A program made the translations under genes and the position numbers. A stretch of 64,000 bases of DNA from a virus (taxonomy: Duplodnaviria; Caudoviricetes), in the IMG/VR virus record IMGVR_UViG_2791355120_000002, positions 1 to 64,000 of that record; one strand, written 5' to 3'. The first letter of the stretch is position 1, and the number at the start of each line of letters is the position of its first letter. The notes below the pieces were generated by a model. That model did not search any database. It saw only the letters and a list, made by a program, of their open reading frames with translations, and was not told the DNA's origin. Positions 61,977 through 64,000 of this stretch are shown here, one piece after another.

Positions 61977-63230
61977 TTAGCCCTTGACCATTGCGAGCGT
62001 CTTTGCGGCGCGGCTCACTTCCGTTTTGTCGGCTTCCTCATCGGCAGAGGCCTCGATGCCGGGATTGCCCGAGCCGCGCATGGCGTCCTTGAGCATTCCC
62101 TTCGGCGCGCCGGCACCAGCCTCGGGCGCAGATTCCTCGGCCAGTTCGCCGATGAAGGCCGCAGCTTCCTCGGCCGACATGCTGGTCTTGAGAGCGGCAT
62201 TGAGTGCCGCCTTCGGCCGCTTCTTGCCGGCTTCGGAGCCGAGGATCGCGGTGATGCGAGCAAGGGCCTCGGTGGCGCCCTGCTTGATGCCTTCTGCCAG
62301 GCCTTCGGTTTTGCCGGCTGCCTTAGCGGTGTCGAGATCGGCCTGGGTGAGTTCGGCCATTTGTTCATCTCCTTCTGAGAATGTGGCCTCAAAGGCCGTG
62401 ATAGCGTCGTCCAGGGCTCCGATTGCGTCAGCCAAGCCGTTGTCGATCGCCTGTTGAGCCATGAAAGTATGTGCGTCGGTTGCGTCGACCGCTTCCGCCT
62501 TCATGTCCCGGTTTCTCGCCACCGAAGCGACGAATTGCTCGTGGAATGCATCCACGCGCTCCTGAATCCGCTCGCGCGCCCCCTCGGACAATTTCTCGTA
62601 GGGGTTGCCCTCCATCTTGTCGGGCTTGGAGCGGATGATGTTGGCCGTGATGCCCGCTGCATCGAGCATCTTGGAATACTCGATGGCGACCACGACGACG
62701 CCGATCGAACCGACGCCACCGCTGCGGGAGACGGTGATGCCGTTAGGATCGGCGGCCGAAATGACGTTGTAGGCTGCCGAGTAAGCGTGCTCCGCAAAGC
62801 CGCGAATGGGCTTCTTGCCACGCAGGGCATACAGCCTATCCACTAGGTCGAAGTTGCCCGCGACCAGGCCACCGCCCGAATTGACAATGTAGGCGATGCC
62901 TTTGACGTTGGAGTCGTCCACGCCGCGCTTGACGGCCTGGTAGATGTACTCGTAGCCGGTTGCGTAGACACCGAAGGCCCACGGGAAATCGTTCAGCAGC
63001 ACGCCCTTAACCGGGACGTGCAGGATGCCGTTCTTCACGACGTAGGGACGATAGCGCGAACGGTAATCGTCCTCGGGAAACCAGAAATCGGCTGCGGCCG
63101 ACTCGGCGGTCATCTTCTCGATTTCATCAATGCGGGCGCCGAGCGCCAGGAGCGATGACTGCAGCCATGCGCCCTGCCCCTCGTCGATGAGCGCCGGCTG
63201 GTCCTGAAACTGAGCGATGATCGGGTTCAT
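61977..63230 (-). CDS. Capsid maturation protease (S49 family) with a scaffold-like C-terminus
   Basis: NSGGG, AYSAAY, GSIGV and GLAD.IG motifs; internal AAGGAG-ATG (MAELTQ) suggests a nested scaffold start. Confidence 0.9.
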   Translation of the reverse strand: MNPIIAQFQDQPALIDEGQGAWLQSSLLALGARIDEIEKMTAESAAADFWFPEDDYRSRYRPYVVKNGILHVPVKGVLLNDFPWAFGVYATGYEYIYQAVKRGVDDSNVKGIAYIVNSGGGLVAGNFDLVDRLYALRGKKPIRGFAEHAYSAAYNVISAADPNGITVSRSGGVGSIGVVVVAIEYSKMLDAAGITANIIRSKPDKMEGNPYEKLSEGARERIQERVDAFHEQFVASVARNRDMKAEAVDATDAHTFMAQQAIDNGLADAIGALDDAITAFEATFSEGDEQMAELTQADLDTAKAAGKTEGLAEGIKQGATEALARITAILGSEAGKKRPKAALNAALKTSMSAEEAAAFIGELAEESAPEAGAGAPKGMLKDAMRGSGNPGIEASADEEADKTEVSRAAKTLAMVKG

Positions 63231-64000
63231 TGTTTCTTGCCTCCGTCGCTCGGCGTCGCTGACAGCGAATTCATCAGGTTCGGGTCGGCCTGGTCGTAGA
63301 TCGACGGGTTGCCGTACTTCTCGTCGAGCGCGCGTTCGCGAGCGATTTGACGGGCGATCTTTCGCCAGTCGCCGCCCGACATTTTCGCGATCTCGATTTC
63401 CTTGGTGGACAGGCCGCTCTTGATCTTGAGGACCGCAGCCTGCGTTTCCTTCAGCGGATCAATCTGACCCTGACCGGCACCGATCCACTCGCACGCGCTG
63501 AACGCTTCGGCGTTGAGGCCATCGTAGAAGCGGGGCACGCCACGCCGCTTGAAGCATTCGAGTTCGTTGTAGTTGATCGCTTCCTCAAGCCAGAGGCGGT
63601 AGATGAAATTGGCCACCTTGTCGGCAACGATGCGCTTGAGCGACATCATCGTCTTGTAGGTCTCGCCGAGAGCCGCGCGCGCCGACGAGTAGTTGGTCTG
63701 CGTGAAGTCGCGAGACAACTGCTCGTAGGAGACGTTTAGTGCGGCTGCGATATAGCGCAGCAAGCTCTGCTCGAACTTGTCACCGGCCGGGCTGTTCGCA
63801 CCCGGATTTTGAATCTTGAGCTTGGTGCCGGGCGCAAAGATCGGAATCTTCGCACCGTCCATGTGCAGATTCTTGGCGGCGCCCGCATACTCGGCGATAG
63901 CCGATAGATACGCCTGCATCCAGGTCGTCGTCGCGTTGCCTTCACCGGCACCGGCACCCAGGGCGGCCGTCACATCCTGCGGGATTTCCGATTCGATCGA
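63227..64000 (-). CDS. Portal protein, lambda family (5' part outside the window)
   Basis: IAAAL.VSYEQLS.D...NYSSAR, WLEEA and IDPLKE motifs. Confidence 0.92.
   Translation of the reverse strand, partial: SIESEIPQDVTAALGAGAGEGNATTTWMQAYLSAIAEYAGAAKNLHMDGAKIPIFAPGTKLKIQNPGANSPAGDKFEQSLLRYIAAALNVSYEQLSRDFTQTNYSSARAALGETYKTMMSLKRIVADKVANFIYRLWLEEAINYNELECFKRRGVPRFYDGLNAEAFSACEWIGAGQGQIDPLKETQAAVLKIKSGLSTKEIEIAKMSGGDWRKIARQIARERALDEKYGNPSIYDQADPNLMNSLSATPSDGGKKQ

Larger units (their letters stand above)
1..64000. mobile_element. Temperate siphovirus-type prophage with Chi/Nazgul-like gene order; extends beyond the right end of the window (terminase and att sites not seen)
   Basis: Continuous phage gene set from integrase to portal, with no host housekeeping genes. 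Confidence 0.93.

Overview
The whole window is most of one temperate siphovirus-type prophage (more than 64 kb), probably in an alphaproteobacterial (Rhizobiales-like) host, judged from GapR/DUF2312 and DUF982 genes. The gene order is Chi/Nazgul-like: P4-type integrase, SLOG gene, repressor and a leftward replication operon (SNF2 helicase, VRR-NUC, family B polymerase, exonuclease, DUF2815 SSB, DUF2800). These are followed by a primase-VapE helicase, a likely origin and cos site (about 16.2-16.6 kb), a rightward early/accessory region (17-37.5 kb), and leftward lysis, tail and lambda-like head genes. The portal runs off the right end. Three signals stand out beyond the gene calls. (1) A shared 7-residue peptide, D-L-[ST]-x-L-L-x, ends six unrelated phage proteins, with a seventh variant and three internal or N-terminal copies; it resembles the HslU C-terminal tail, and the phage encodes an orphan HslV-like peptidase. 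(2) An approximately 8.4 kb block starting right at the predicted cos end has sharply different oligonucleotide usage (GANTC-rich; CCTC, GGTG, GGGT and GATC-poor) and ends at a repeat and hairpin cluster. (3) About 20 TCAC-N7-GTGA operator-like palindromes lie at gene junctions, including inside the late operon. All family assignments are from motif recognition, not database searches, and all k-mer counts are approximate hand counts.
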